Source of the DNA: Octopus vulgaris
Lineage: Eukaryota
Assembly (NCBI GenBank): GCA_951406725.2
Contig: OX597817.1
Span: 152,272,001 to 152,336,000 of the forward strand
Direction of reading: 5' to 3'
Length of the DNA: 64,000 nt
Shown: positions 1 to 11,800 of the stretch, in pieces
Position numbering within the stretch: the stretch's first letter is position 1
Layout: every line of letters starts with the position of its first letter
Translations under genes and position numbers: made by a program
Notes under the pieces: generated by a model
The model's database searches: none
Told to the model about the DNA's origin: nothing
What the model saw: only the letters and a program-made list of their open reading frames with translations

Positions 1-1076
1 GGCGACCCCTGTTGTACTCTTTCGCCTCAACTTTCTCTCACTCCACTCTTACTTCCTGTTTCTGTTGTACCTGTATTTCAAGGGGCCAGCCTTGTCACTC
101 TCTGTGTCACGCTGAATATCCCTGAGAACTACGTTAAGGGTGCACGTGTCTGTGGAGTGCTCAGCCACTTACACGTTAATTTCACGAGCAGGTTGTTCCA
201 TTGATTTGGATCAACCGGAACCCTCATCATCGTAACCGACGGAGTGCTTCCATTAGTAACTGCACTCAAAAACTGACAATCAGAATTGTACTTTGTGTGT
301 GTGTGTCAGACTGACAAAATATTTCATTCATCATGCTTTCCATGCTGGAATGGGTTGGACGGTTTGACTGAGGGCTGGCAAACCAGAAGGCTGCACCTGG
401 CTCTAATCCAATCTGGCAATGTTTCTACAGCTGGATGCCTTTTCTAATGCCAACCACTCCGAGAGTGTAGTGGGTGTTTTTTACATGTCACCAGCACAAG
501 GGCCAGTCAGGCGATACTGGCATCAGCCACGCCCGAATGGTGCTTTTTACGTTCCATCAGCACAGGTGCCAATCAGACAGTACTGTCATTGGCCACGACA
601 ATGACTTCATTTGCTTCAACAGGTATTTGTGAGCACAGTTTATTGCCCAAAATAATGTAAAATATCAAATGTGATTGAGTTTCCCTCTCTCTCTCTCTGT
701 ATAACTAAACTATAACTAGCACTCCATCAGTTATGATGACAAGTGTTCCAGTTGATCCGATCAATGGAACAGCCTGCTCATGAAATTAATGTGCAAGTGA
801 CCGAGTATTCCACAAACATATGTACCTTTCACATAGTTCTCGGGGAGATTCAGTGTGATACAGAATGTGGCAAGGCTGGGCCTTTGAGTTACAGGTACAA
901 CTCATTTTTGCCAGCTGAGTGGATTGGAACAACATAAAATAAAATGTCTTGCTCAAGGACACAACACACTGCCAAGAATTGAACTCACAATCTTACGCTT
1001 GTGAGCCAAATACCCTAACCACCAAGCTACGTTCCTTCACTCTTTCTGTACAATGCTTAAAACAGTTGTTACAAAC

Positions 1077-1236
1077 CTTCACAGTAACTGAAATATAATC
1101 CATAACCAAAAAGCTGCATTTATCATTCCATTCATTAGCCACTTTGCCATCAAAATATTTCACAACTTGGTCCAGTTCTAACTTGGCAGAATTCTTCAAA
1201 CAAGACGACGTGACAAGTAAAGGATTAAAGCGAACC
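1077..1236 (-). CDS. NBN: Nibrin exon 4, BRCT1 (WVRFNPLLVTSSCLKNSAKLELDQVVKYFDGKVANEWNDKCSFLVMDYISVTVK); gene continues left of the window
   Basis: AG/GT boundaries, 160 nt (same as human exon 4). Matches EPLVACSSCL...[20 protein letters not shown]. Overlaps ORF 993..1199. Confidence 0.93.
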
Positions 1237-1571
1237 CTAATAAAAAAAATAGAAAATATTCACAATGCAAGGTGGGAGAATTCAAAATATGATGCCGTCC
1301 AACTAGGAAAGGCATATTGTACATGATGACTACCATTGTAATACCATTGTGATGAAAGATGACTAGAATTGATGAACACTAACAATAATTACACTGAAAT
1401 TAAAATGGTGATATAATGATGATGATGATGATGATTGACAGTAAAAACAATAATTATAGTAAAGAAAAGAAAACCAGTGTCTTTCAAAGCTAATAATACT
1501 TGAAGGGGGGGGGGGGTCAATGTACCTCATGGGAATACTGTGGCTATACAGAGATACATCCCCATCTACTC

Positions 1572-3276
1572 TTAACCATTTAGCATTCAGATTTCTCTGT
1601 CAAATGTAAATGCTTATTTATTCATATTATTGGATCATTCCATAAATAATGCAGTTTTTTAATACTTTTTTTTACTTTTCAAAATTAAGGTAAACAAATC
1701 TAAAATATACTCTCCTTCATTTTCTACAATGCTCTTCCATTTATCTGGTAGACTTGCAAGGCCCCTCTTCCAAAATTCACTTGTCTGTGACAAAAAATAC
1801 TCCTCCAGTACTGTTCTGACCTTGCCTACAGATTTCATATTTTTTCCAACTAAATGATATTGAAGACTGCAGAATAAATTATTAATCAGATGGGGCAATG
1901 TCTGGCAAATATGTCCGGCTCCAGCCTTTGGAATGTCATCCTTACTTTATGTGACCAAGCATTATCTTGATGAAATAACACCTCTTGTCTTGAAACCAAC
2001 AATGGTTGTTTTTCTTCAATGACTTAAGCCACTCAAGCTGCTTGCAGTAGATCTTTGTTATCATTTGATTTGGGTTTAAAAATTCAAAGTGGACTAAACC
2101 TTTTATATCCCACCAAACAGATAACAACTCCTTCTTTAGCCTGGGGTGCTAGTGTTTCTCCTTTCCCTACCCACACTATCTTTGGGACTTGACGTTTTTA
2201 TAGAGAACCCATTTCTCATCACCAGTTACTACTCAGTCCAAAAAAGGTTCATTCGTGAGGCATGACAGCAAAGAAGAGCACACATTCACTCTCTGCACAC
2301 GACTAGACTCGGAAAGTTTGTGAGGAACCCACTGACTCAATTTGCTGACTTTTCCAATGGCACACAGGTGACAATGAATGGTGAATGACCAAATCCAAGC
2401 TTCTCTGCTAGTTTCTCAACACTTATGATGGGATTTTGTTCCACCGGGGTTTGCAGGACGTCCTCATCAAGCTCTACAGATCTTCCAGGATGAGGCTCAT
2501 CTTCTAGGCTGTCATTTCTGGCTCAGAATTTCTGGAACCACTATTGACACTGGCTTATGCTTACTGTCTGATCACCATATACTGCATTAATATTCCTTGC
2601 ACTTTCTTATTTTATTTCTTTTAATACTCTTTATTGCACAAGGGACTACACACAGAGTCGACAAACAAGGACAGACAAATGGATTAAGTCGATCACAGTG
2701 TATAACTGGTACTTAATTTATCGACCCCGAAAGGATGAAAGGCGAAGTCGACCTTGGCAGAATTTGAACTCAGAACGAAATGGCAGACGAAATACCGCTA
2801 AGCATTTCGCCTGCGTGCTAATGTTTCTGCCAGCTCACCGCCTTTCTGTTGTGTTGTTGCCTTTATTGAACTCATAAAGCAAAGTATGTGGAATATACAT
2901 CTTTGTCACTTTCATTATAGCTTTGAAAAAATAACTGTTAAAATCGAACAGCACTCTTCAAAACTTGCACTAAGAATAAGGACAAAGTTAAACTACTACC
3001 TGCTTTTATAGCAAGTTGATGCAGGTAGCTTATCCTGTCTCCCTCTGACATTCAGTTTATGCAATTGAAAAAAAAAAACACATTATTTATGGGACGACTC
3101 AATATTTTGAATTAATCATGATCAATTAATCTTGTAAGTTTCATAATTTTAATGATGTGATTGTCTATTTTTAGAATGCTATTGTAGGGTAGGTGTGAGA
3201 GGCCAGATCTGGTTGGTTTTAGCATAAAACAGAATATTTGAGTTGGATATGACTAGTTTAAATAGGAAAGGGTTAA
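1572..3276 (+). mobile_element. TTAA-flanked MITE (piggyBac-like ends) hosting the mariner
   Basis: TTAA-CC(A/C)TTTAGCATT...AAAGGG-TTAA. Uninterrupted copy at 43564-43784, interrupted reverse copies at ~9955-10386 and ~58305-59302. Confidence 0.65.
1630..3102 (-). mobile_element. Degenerate full-length mariner (Tc1/mariner) transposon
   Basis: ~30-bp imperfect TIRs (TTGGATCATTCCATAAATAATG / CATTATTTATGGGACGACTCAA), TA on both sides. Transposase remnants MLSVWWDIKGLVHFE and FWKRGLASLPDKWKSIVENEGEY. SINE inserted at ~2608-2845. Confidence 0.9.
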
Positions 3277-3407
3277 AGCACATGACTTGGAGTTAAACAA
3301 CAACCATGAAATAGTGATGCAGAAATCTTACATACAATGTCTGGGAGCAATTTAATTTAAAGGAGGTACTTATAGTTATTTTGGTGTAGCAGCAAAGATA
3401 CTTAAAA

Positions 3408-3823
3408 GGGCGGCAAGCTGGCAGAAACGTTAGCACGCCAGGTGAAATGCTTAGTGGTATTTCATCTGCCGCTATGTTTTGAGTTCAAATTCCGCCGAGG
3501 ACAACTTTGCCTTTCATCTTTTCGGGGTCGATAAATTAAGTACCAGTTACGCACTAGGGTTGATGTAATCGACTCAATCCATTTGTCTGTCCTTGTTTGT
3601 CCCCTCTGTGTTTAGCCCCTTGTGGGTAGTAAAAAAATGGGTATTTCATCTGCCGCTATGTTCTGAGTTCAAATTCCACCAAGGACAACTTAACCTTTCA
3701 TCTTTTCGGGGTTGATTAAATAAGTACCAGTTATGCACTGGACTCGATGTAATCAACTTAATCCCTTTATCTGCCCTCGTTTATCCCTTCTATGTTTATC
3801 CCCTTGTGGGCAGTAAAGAAATA
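3408..3823 (+). mobile_element. tRNA-derived SINE family 1 (MetaSINE-like core), with internal duplication
   Basis: Head GGCGGC(G)AGCTGGCAGAA...GAGTTCAAATTCC, core GCCTTTCATCCTTTCGGGGTCGATAAA. Copies at ~2608-2845(-), 10017-10230(-), 31155-31580(-), 36745-36975(+), 47280-47480(-), 47670-47885(-), 48741-48972(+). Confidence 0.8.
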
Positions 3824-3855
3824 AGCAAAGTTATTTAAAAGTTGTTATAGCTTAC

Positions 3856-4004
3856 CAAAATGTTGACTTTGGGGAACCAAACATAAGTTTGTCTCCTTCT
3901 TTTAGTTGTATTGCTGTATTTTGATTACATTTCTTCCTATTGATATATGTTCCATAGGATGATACATCTTGAATAGTCAGAGAAGACTTTGTGTAGGGAA
4001 TCTT
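3856..4004 (-). CDS. NBN: Nibrin exon 3, FHA C-half (KIPYTKSSLTIQDVSSYGTYINRKKCNQNTAIQLKEGDKLMFGSPKSTF)
   Basis: ttcag/gtaag boundaries, 149 nt (same as human exon 3). Matches LTLKDNSKYGTFVN...LKSGDGITFG. Confidence 0.93.
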
Positions 4005-4133
4005 CTGAAATATCAAAGAAAAAAAGAAGAGTATTAAGAGTATTCTTAATTTGTAAAAAGAGTATTAAAAGAAGAGTATTCAAGAGTGTTAAGTGGATAG
4101 AACAGAAAACGTTTTATAAATAACAAATATGGA

Positions 4134-4366
4134 TTAACCCTTTTGTTACCATATTTCTGTTGAGATGCTCTGTTTTTTTTTTTTCAATTAATCTTAAATA
4201 TAACAAAGAAATTAGTAAAATAACTTAGTTATTATTAAGCTAGTGTTAGGAACATAAATTGTGATTAAGGTTTGGTGGAAGATTTTAATTCAGAACTTTT
4301 GAAAACAACACACTTGTATTACAGAGCCAGAGGCGGTTTCAGCCGGGTTGGTATCAAAGGGGTTAA
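4134..4366 (+). mobile_element. Second TTAA-flanked MITE family
   Basis: TTAA-CCCTTTTGTTACC...GGTATCAAAGGGG-TTAA. Reverse copy at 63777-64000. Confidence 0.7.
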
Positions 4367-4410
4367 GAGGGATAAGATCCTTTAAAGAAAAACAAACATG
4401 AATTTATTTA

Positions 4411-4551
4411 TTAGGTTGTCCCAAAAGTTCGTAAACACTTGCGAAAATTGAATTTTTACTCGCCAAGTACTAACAAAAACAACAAAAATTATTCCTCAAA
4501 ATAAAGACCATTATTTTCCAAGACTTTCTACGAACTTTTGGGACAACCTTA
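4411..4551. mobile_element. Mariner-derived MITE
   Basis: Perfect 21-bp TIR AGGTTGTCCCAAAAGTTCGTA / TACGAACTTTTGGGACAACCT in TA context. Confidence 0.75.
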
Positions 4552-5067
4552 TAGAATGCATCAAGTGTACAAGAGTAAAGTCATAAATATTGGTTCCAAA
4601 TGCTAGCCACACAAGACCATTAATACCAGGAGGAAGGGGTAAATCAATGACGTGCATTCAACTAGTGCTTATTTTGTCAATGCCGAAAGGATGAGAGACA
4701 AAATCGACCTCAGTGGAATTTGAACTCAGAATGTAAAAATGGATAGAATGCTGCTAAGCATTTTGCTTGGAATGCAAACGATTCTGCTAGCTTGCTGTCT
4801 AAAGTCATAAATATTAGAACCTAATTTAATTAGTAAAATATAAACAGGAATCGATTGAAGCAGATAAGGCAGTGCTGGAGTTGGCAGACTTTTTTGTTGT
4901 TTATCCTTCCCCCAGTACTCACATGATACTTTTATATATTGACCCCAAAAGGTCAATATATAATGCTGCTAAGCATTTTGTCTGGCCTGCTAACAATTTA
5001 TCTGGCTTGCTGCCTTCACAGTTTGTTCGATTTGTTTCGTTTCGTTTCTTCTTCTTCTATAAGCTGG

Positions 5068-5108
<41 letters not shown>

Positions 5109-5923
5109 TCGGGGTGAGTACTTGATAATTATAAGCACCTGTGTATACCGTTTGGTGGTGTAGGTGGTGGAGTAATTTGATCAATATATATATATATATA
5201 TATACAGAGTATGATACATAGATGGTTATTTTATATGTAACCATAAATATATATAGCAATGACGAAAGACCAAGACCTCTGGAGATATGCAGTGAGTGCG
5301 AAGATCCGACAAATGAATTGAGTTCATGGCTTGCAGGACAGCCTGCTGTGCTTACCTTGGATCATAGGGCGACCAGCTGTGCTTGAGGAGACCTATTGAG
5401 TCAAATACATCAACAGCAAAATAAAAATCAAATGGAAATTGTAGTTGTGATACCCGTGCTGGTGGCATGTAAAAAATACCATCCGAACGTGGCTGATACC
5501 AGTGCCGCCTTGACTGGCATCCATGTCGGTGACACGTACAATGCACCCTCCGATCGTGGACATTGCCAGCCTCCTCTGCCCCCATTGCTGGTGGCACATA
5601 AAAAGCACCCACTATACTCACGGAATGGTTGGCGTTAGGAAGGGCATCTAGCTGTAGAAACACTGCCAGATCAGATTGGAGCCTGGTGCAGCCTCCTGGC
5701 TTCCCAGATCCCGGGCAAACCGTCCAACCCATGCTAACATGGAAAACAGACGTTAAATGATGATGAGGATGATAAAATTGGAGTTTTATTGACAAAGACA
5801 GTTAATATACAAACTCCAATTAATGGTTTGAATTAATAATTAAAAGAATGGTGCAGTTGTAAATAAATATTCCTTATTAAAGTTCAATTAATTGCAGAAA
5901 GAATAAGAACAAATTTTACTAAC

Positions 5924-6042
5924 GGCTGGATCTATTGTAATAATGGCATGTTTCCTGCTGACTGTCTTGTCATCGGCAATATTCAGGTCACAGTCTCTCC
6001 GTCCAATTGTAAATTCCACAGAACCTGTAATCTTGTGCTCAT
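5924..6042 (-). CDS. NBN: Nibrin exon 2, FHA domain (DEHKITGSVEFTIGRRDCDLNIADDKTVSRKHAIITIDPA)
   Basis: AG/GT boundaries, 119 nt. FHA signature GR...S-R-x-H, matching human [21 protein letters not shown]. Confidence 0.93.
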
Positions 6043-6046
6043 CTAC

Positions 6047-6081
<35 letters not shown>

Positions 6082-6083
<2 letters not shown>

Positions 6084-6417
6084 GGGGAGCATCATAGCCG
6101 TGTGTTGAGAGTGATTCTTTGGGGTTTGAATAATTCACCTTTGGAAACATAGGTGGTTCGTTCAACATCTTTAAACAACCCTTATTCAGGGACCTTTTGA
6201 GCGGGATGGGTTACTCGACCAGAAGAAAATTCTAACAGGCCCCCATCTGCAAGGTCATGTGCTGTTTATCTTGATATGAGATCACCATGTCGTGCACATA
6301 TGGTTGTGATGCATGTGCCTAGTGTACCCTTATCAGACAGGTAGTCATGATGGGTATACTGGGCTTCGTATATTTTACCCCAGTGTCACTTTGATGACAT
6401 GCACTGCTCTCTCACTC

Positions 6418-6420
<3 letters not shown>
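6082..6420 (+). mobile_element. Probable LINE 3' fragment embedded in a (TAA)n microsatellite
   Basis: Unique ~340-nt block flanked on both sides by (TAA)n (6047-6081 and 6418-6470). Confidence 0.45.
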
Positions 6421-6473
<53 letters not shown>

Positions 6474-6894
6474 TGGTAGTTTCAAATTCTGGCACAAGGC
6501 CAACAATTTTAGGGGTTTTCAACCAGTACTGAAAGGATGAAAGGCAAAGTCAACCTAGGCAGAATTTGAACTCAGAACATAAAGAGAAGAAAGAAATGCC
6601 ACTAAGCATTTGGCCTAATACACTAATAATTCAGATGTAAAACACAACCAAAATCTCTTGGAAAAAAAAAATCACCCATCCCGACAAACTGGAAAGTTCC
6701 AGAAAGGCTATCACCCACACAGCCTGAAAGCTCTCCTCTCTCCTAATCTACAACCAATCCCTTTGGATCAACAACAAGTTAGGGAGTGGAAAGGCCAAAA
6801 AGCATCTCTACCTAATTTACAGGGTCTTCCTTTCTCCACCTATAAAGGTTCAGTGAACAGTTCTACAGAAGAAATTCTACCCTAAAGTCCAACC

Positions 6895-7303
6895 CTCATC
6901 AAAGCAGTAGGGCGGTGTAAACGGGCAGTGTCAGAGCCCTGGTAGGGCCACCCAAGGCAGATTGGTCTGGCACCGAGCAGTATTAGGGCCGCAACCTGGC
7001 CAACGGGGCTCTAGTGAAAATTCCAAGAGGCATCTGATCGGCAACCAGCGGCTTCGAGGTCATTCTGTCCCTGGAGAATCCGTGGAAAACAGGGCGTCCT
7101 GTCACCCGGGATATGCATGCGGGATGTGAATTCAATATTCCCATTAAACTTCTATGAATCCTATGGAACTGCAAATGGCTCACTATCTCCAGTGACCTTG
7201 CACAGGACCGTCGAGCGTGGGCCGCCATGGTTCGTGATGCCATCAGGACCAGAGAAGAAGCCGGCTTAACCCGCCCTGGGTGAACGCCGTCACAAGTACA
7301 AGT
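6895..7303 (+). mobile_element. RTE-like LINE 3' end with (CAAGTA)n tail
   Basis: Translates ...DLAQDRRAWAAMVRDAIRTREEAG..., GC-rich, ends CAAGTACAAGT. Confidence 0.6.
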
Positions 7304-7304
7304 C

Positions 7305-7835
7305 TACAGAAGAGAAAGCCTCCACACTTGATGTCCACATTGCATCCAACTCGATACTGCAGACACAAGGTAAATTTCTTCCAAAACTATGGCTTTTGAC
7401 ATGCACACACATATACATACACACATCAAGCAAAAATGCCCTCTGGTTGCTTCAAATCAACAAGGCCACAAGCACTGACAATATCCCTTACATTATGCTC
7501 AATGTGCTTCGGAGCTAGTCCCTATCCTCAAACTCTTTAATCTCTCTCCCTCCATCCAAGGAAATACTTTGGTCTTTGGAAATATGCTACAGTATGTCAC
7601 ATTCACAGAAAAACCAGCCTTTCTACAGCTCCTTGGTGTTGACGGGTCTCGTGCCACGTCCACTCAGAGATTCAACTCTCCTTTCATCAACCACATTGTC
7701 TCCACCCAAACCATACTCCATAATAATCCCTACGCCCAATCCTTTCTGGAATTCCCTCACAACGTTTATCCTGCAGCTGCTGACATGCAACAGTTCGAGC
7801 GAAACTTCATAACAATCTCACCAGTTTCGGAAAGA
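7305..7835 (+). mobile_element. Highly decayed LINE ORF2 remnant (Jockey/CR1-like)
   Basis: Peptide remnants CASELVPILKLFNLS and FWNSL/HNVYPAAADMQQFERN. Confidence 0.45.
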
Positions 7836-8754
7836 CTGTAAAAACCAAGGGTACAGCTCTTCTTCCAGACGAAAACAATGAAGAAGAAAACCGTGTTGAA
7901 TGATATTGATTGAATGCACAAGTAGGAACTGATATTCTGCTTCGAATATCTTTCGAACTTATTTATAACTGTGTTGCAAACTTTAAGGAAGTCATTTTTA
8001 AACGAGTTGATCTTATAAATTTCTTCGTTTTCGTTCTCTTGCTTTTATTGACGGAAGCAACCCAAAACACTTGCAACATCAACGCAAACGATCTGCCCTC
8101 ACGAGCCTCACTCCCTACCTCATCAGTAATGGTTTCTAAGAGGGATTCAGAATGTGCATTGCATTACTTTTGTGGCCTCTATTTGCAATGTGCAAACACA
8201 GACATTCAACCCTTTCACAGTTTACACAAAACGTGATGCTTGACAAATTCAAAATGAAGTATTTTTAATTACAAATACATTTCAGAAATCGACTTCGCTC
8301 TTTTTCATTGGTACTTCATTCTGTTGACTCCTTTTAAAACCACTTCTTGCTAAAAATAAGTTGCTTTAAATCCAAATCCAAACAATTAACTGTATGTTTT
8401 ATTAAATCATAAGTCTTCGTGTCTTCGATATTTCAAAGGAAAAACGTTGTTTGCTCCTACTCAGGGCTATACATCAATGATCAGTCGAACAAAGCAACAG
8501 TTCAGACGTCGTTTATACAAGAAAGGAAAGAAACTTTATTCTTCAGATAATAAAACAAAAATAACAATAATAATAATTACATTTAGGAAACAAACAGTAA
8601 ATACTATGACACTGGATGGTTTGAGAACAAGCATAACTTCGAACACATCGATGTTTACAAACAGCTAGACGTCGAATGAATATTCGAAACAAAGTTATAC
8701 ATTTAAAAATTGTAAATCATTATTAAATCAATCAGTAAATTTAATGTTATTTAC

Positions 8755-8791
8755 CAGTTCCATCTTGCTGATTCTCTAAACTCCACGACAT
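8755..8791 (-). CDS. NBN: Nibrin coding exon 1 (MSWSLENQQDGT+G)
   Basis: ATG at 8791, 37 nt, GT donor (gtaaat). Joins exon 2 in phase. Resembles the NBN N-terminus MWKL..., and human exon 1 also has 37 coding nt. Confidence 0.85.
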
Positions 8792-8807
8792 AGCAATAAG
8801 AAAAATA

Positions 8808-8815
8808 TTTGGCGC
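8808..8815 (+). promoter_or_regulatory. Candidate E2F site (TTTGGCGC) in the NBN proximal promoter/5' UTR
   Basis: Exact TTTSSCGC consensus 17-24 nt upstream of the NBN ATG, in a stretch that retains CpG. Confidence 0.45.
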
Positions 8816-11800
8816 GGAGAAGGGAGATAACTATCAAAACACTCGAGTTTCTGTTGCTCTTGAAAAAATGTTTGAGGAAGTGCTAACCTAAGTGTATGCG
8901 GGTCCTTCGAGACTGTTTTCCTCTTGAAGCTGTCAGATCCCCCACCCGTCCGCCCAAGAAGGAGCCCATCAGATATTTACTGGTCCCTCCTTCGTTCAAC
9001 AGGATTCAGATTGATGTATCGACTAACCTCCCTACCCTCTTGTAGGCCCTACATGCATGCACATCTATGTTTTATTTGCGTTATGATAGCTCACGTGGTG
9101 GAAGCCTCCACATGGCTGCAGCCAGATTGCCCTCAAATTGCACCATATACACTTTGAATAATGTAGTCCTAGTTCTTCCATGTCTGAAAAGAAAAACGGG
9201 ATAATCAGAACTGAAATGTTTTTAATCATGAGTCTAAACCACGTGTCTTGTTTAGCTCTTGATCAAGCAGGCTGAGGATCAAAGGCATTTTCCCTGTGTG
9301 AGCGTTTCTTTTCGTTAGACATGCTGAATAATAGGACTACATTATCCGATTTTGTTTTTTGCTTGTTTGTTTGTTTTATGTATTTTTGTTGTTTTTTTAG
9401 GTGGTACAGTGTTAAACAATCGAAAACTGTTTTTGATATGATGGTACCGACGAAACTGCGAAATTAGTAGCCACTATTGATGATAAATATTCTTAGTCTG
9501 ACTCTATAACCAATATTGACTTTATTCCTTGCTTGTTTCATCAACTTCGTTGTCGTCGTCATCATCATCATCAATAACAACAACAACAACACCTGTTTAT
9601 CTCTTCTTTCCATGTTGGCTAGGTTCATAGGTCATCACGGTTCGAGTCAGTTCTTATTCAGTTACTTCTCTCCTAAGTGTTACACACCCCCCAACAAAAA
9701 AAAAAAACCAGGCCTCACACACACGCTTCCTTTTGGCACAGTTTTTACGGCTGGATACCCTTCCTGGATCTTTTCCTTTTGAACGGCATATGTCAACACA
9801 ATTTCTAGTTAACTAAACACTTTTAAACTTCGTATACTGGTAGAATGTGTTTATAAAACATCCTTTTTTCTTGGCTTTATTGAGAAAATTCTATAGTTTG
9901 TAAGATATTTCCACTTTAAAATCAAGCATTTCGGCAATTTTAACCAATCGCCATATCTGGCCAAAATAGTCTTCCTGTTTTATGTTCAAACTGGCTAGAT
10001 CCAGCCTCTCACACCTATTTCTTTACTACCCACAAGGGGCTAAATATAGAGAGGACAAACAAGGACAGACAAACGGATTAAGTCGATTATATTGACCTCA
10101 GTGCGTAACTGGTACTTATTTAATCGACCCCGAAAGGATAAAAGGCAAAGTCGAATTCAGAACGTAGTGGCAGACGAAATACCGCAAAGCATTTTGCCCG
10201 GCGTGCTAATGATTCTACCAGCTCACCGTTTTTCAACCTCTCACACCTACCCTACAATGTAAGTCTAAATAATATGCAGTCACATAATCAAAATCTGAAG
10301 GCTACAAAATAATGTAGGATAAATTCAAAACAATGGGAACAAAGAGGGATTACATTTGATAAAATAATCTCAATGCTAAAGGGTTACACTTGACAAAACA
10401 CCCTCCTTGATTGTGTGTTTATAACCAATTGTCATACAACACTTTCTCTCCATGTTGCACGGCTGCTGAGTACATCTGACATCTCCATATTTCTGGCTGG
10501 TGTTGTGCATAGTGCACTTTTCATACTTTTTAGATTTTCCCATTATCCTCTTGAGTTGAAAGAGTGTATTTCTACTCAAGTGCTCCTTGACTTGAGAAGT
10601 TCCTATAGTACTCATAACCTTATGCAACCTGGACAACCCACTCCAATGTAAGCCAAACACTATACTTGATAATTTGGTTTTGATTTTGGGAAACTTAATC
10701 CTCTGTATTGTTGCATATCAATTGCTTGAGAGAGTGACCCAAACCTTAGGTAATTGAAAACAATTTACAAAGAAAATTAATTTTTTAAAGTTGAACATCA
10801 TGCAGGTTGTTCACAATAGCATGAGTGGCTGCAAGTTTATCACATTTAGTGGAATCTTACTCTATTGTAAGCAAAGAATTTGGTCTGGGAATAACTTTTA
10901 CCTTTCCTCCTACCGTTTATAGATTCTCTGAAAAGGGCCAGGGGTACTCCTCTTCTTCCTCTAAACCAGGGGTGCCCAAAGTTTTTAGACCATCAACCCC
11001 TTCATGGACCCCCCCCCCTATTGTCCCCCAGGCACATACAAAAAAATAAATAATAATAATTAAGTAGATGTGCATTTATTGACCCCTTGAATAGCCCCGT
11101 TGACCCCCAGGGGTCGATATCGCCCACTTTGAAGACCCATACTCTTAAACCATTGAAAAGGGAAATCTCAATGTTGAAAACAACTAAGAAATCATCATCA
11201 TCATCGTTTAATATCCGTTTTCTATGCTAGCACGGGTTGGACGGTTTGACTGGGGTCTGGGAAGCCAGGAGGCTGCATCAGGCTCCAATCTGATCTGGCA
11301 GTGTTTCTACAGCTGGATGCCCTTCCAAATGCCAACCACTCCGTGACTGTAGTGGGTGCTTTTTACGTGCCAGCGGCACAGAAGCCAGTCAAGGTGGTGC
11401 TGGCATCAACCACGTTCGGATGGTGCTTTTCACATGCCACCGGCACAGGTATCACAACTACAAGTTGTCTGTGATATTTGGACAGAACAAATACAGGCTA
11501 CTTCTTTCTGTTTTTAACATGTCTATTTATTGTTTTTTCTGTCTGATGAGTACATCTTTCATTAATATTGATGGATGAAAGATACAAAGACACACAATAC
11601 ATAGCTACGTATGTATATATAAAAGGAACAAACTTCTGATCAGTTTCCATCTGCCAAAGTCTACTCACAAAGTACTAGTCAACATGGGACTGTGATGTAG
11701 AAGACATTTGCCCAAGATACTGATAATGGGATTGAACCTAGAACTATGATGTTACAAAACGTCTGCCCTTAGATGAATCAATACCGCATCATTATTTTTA

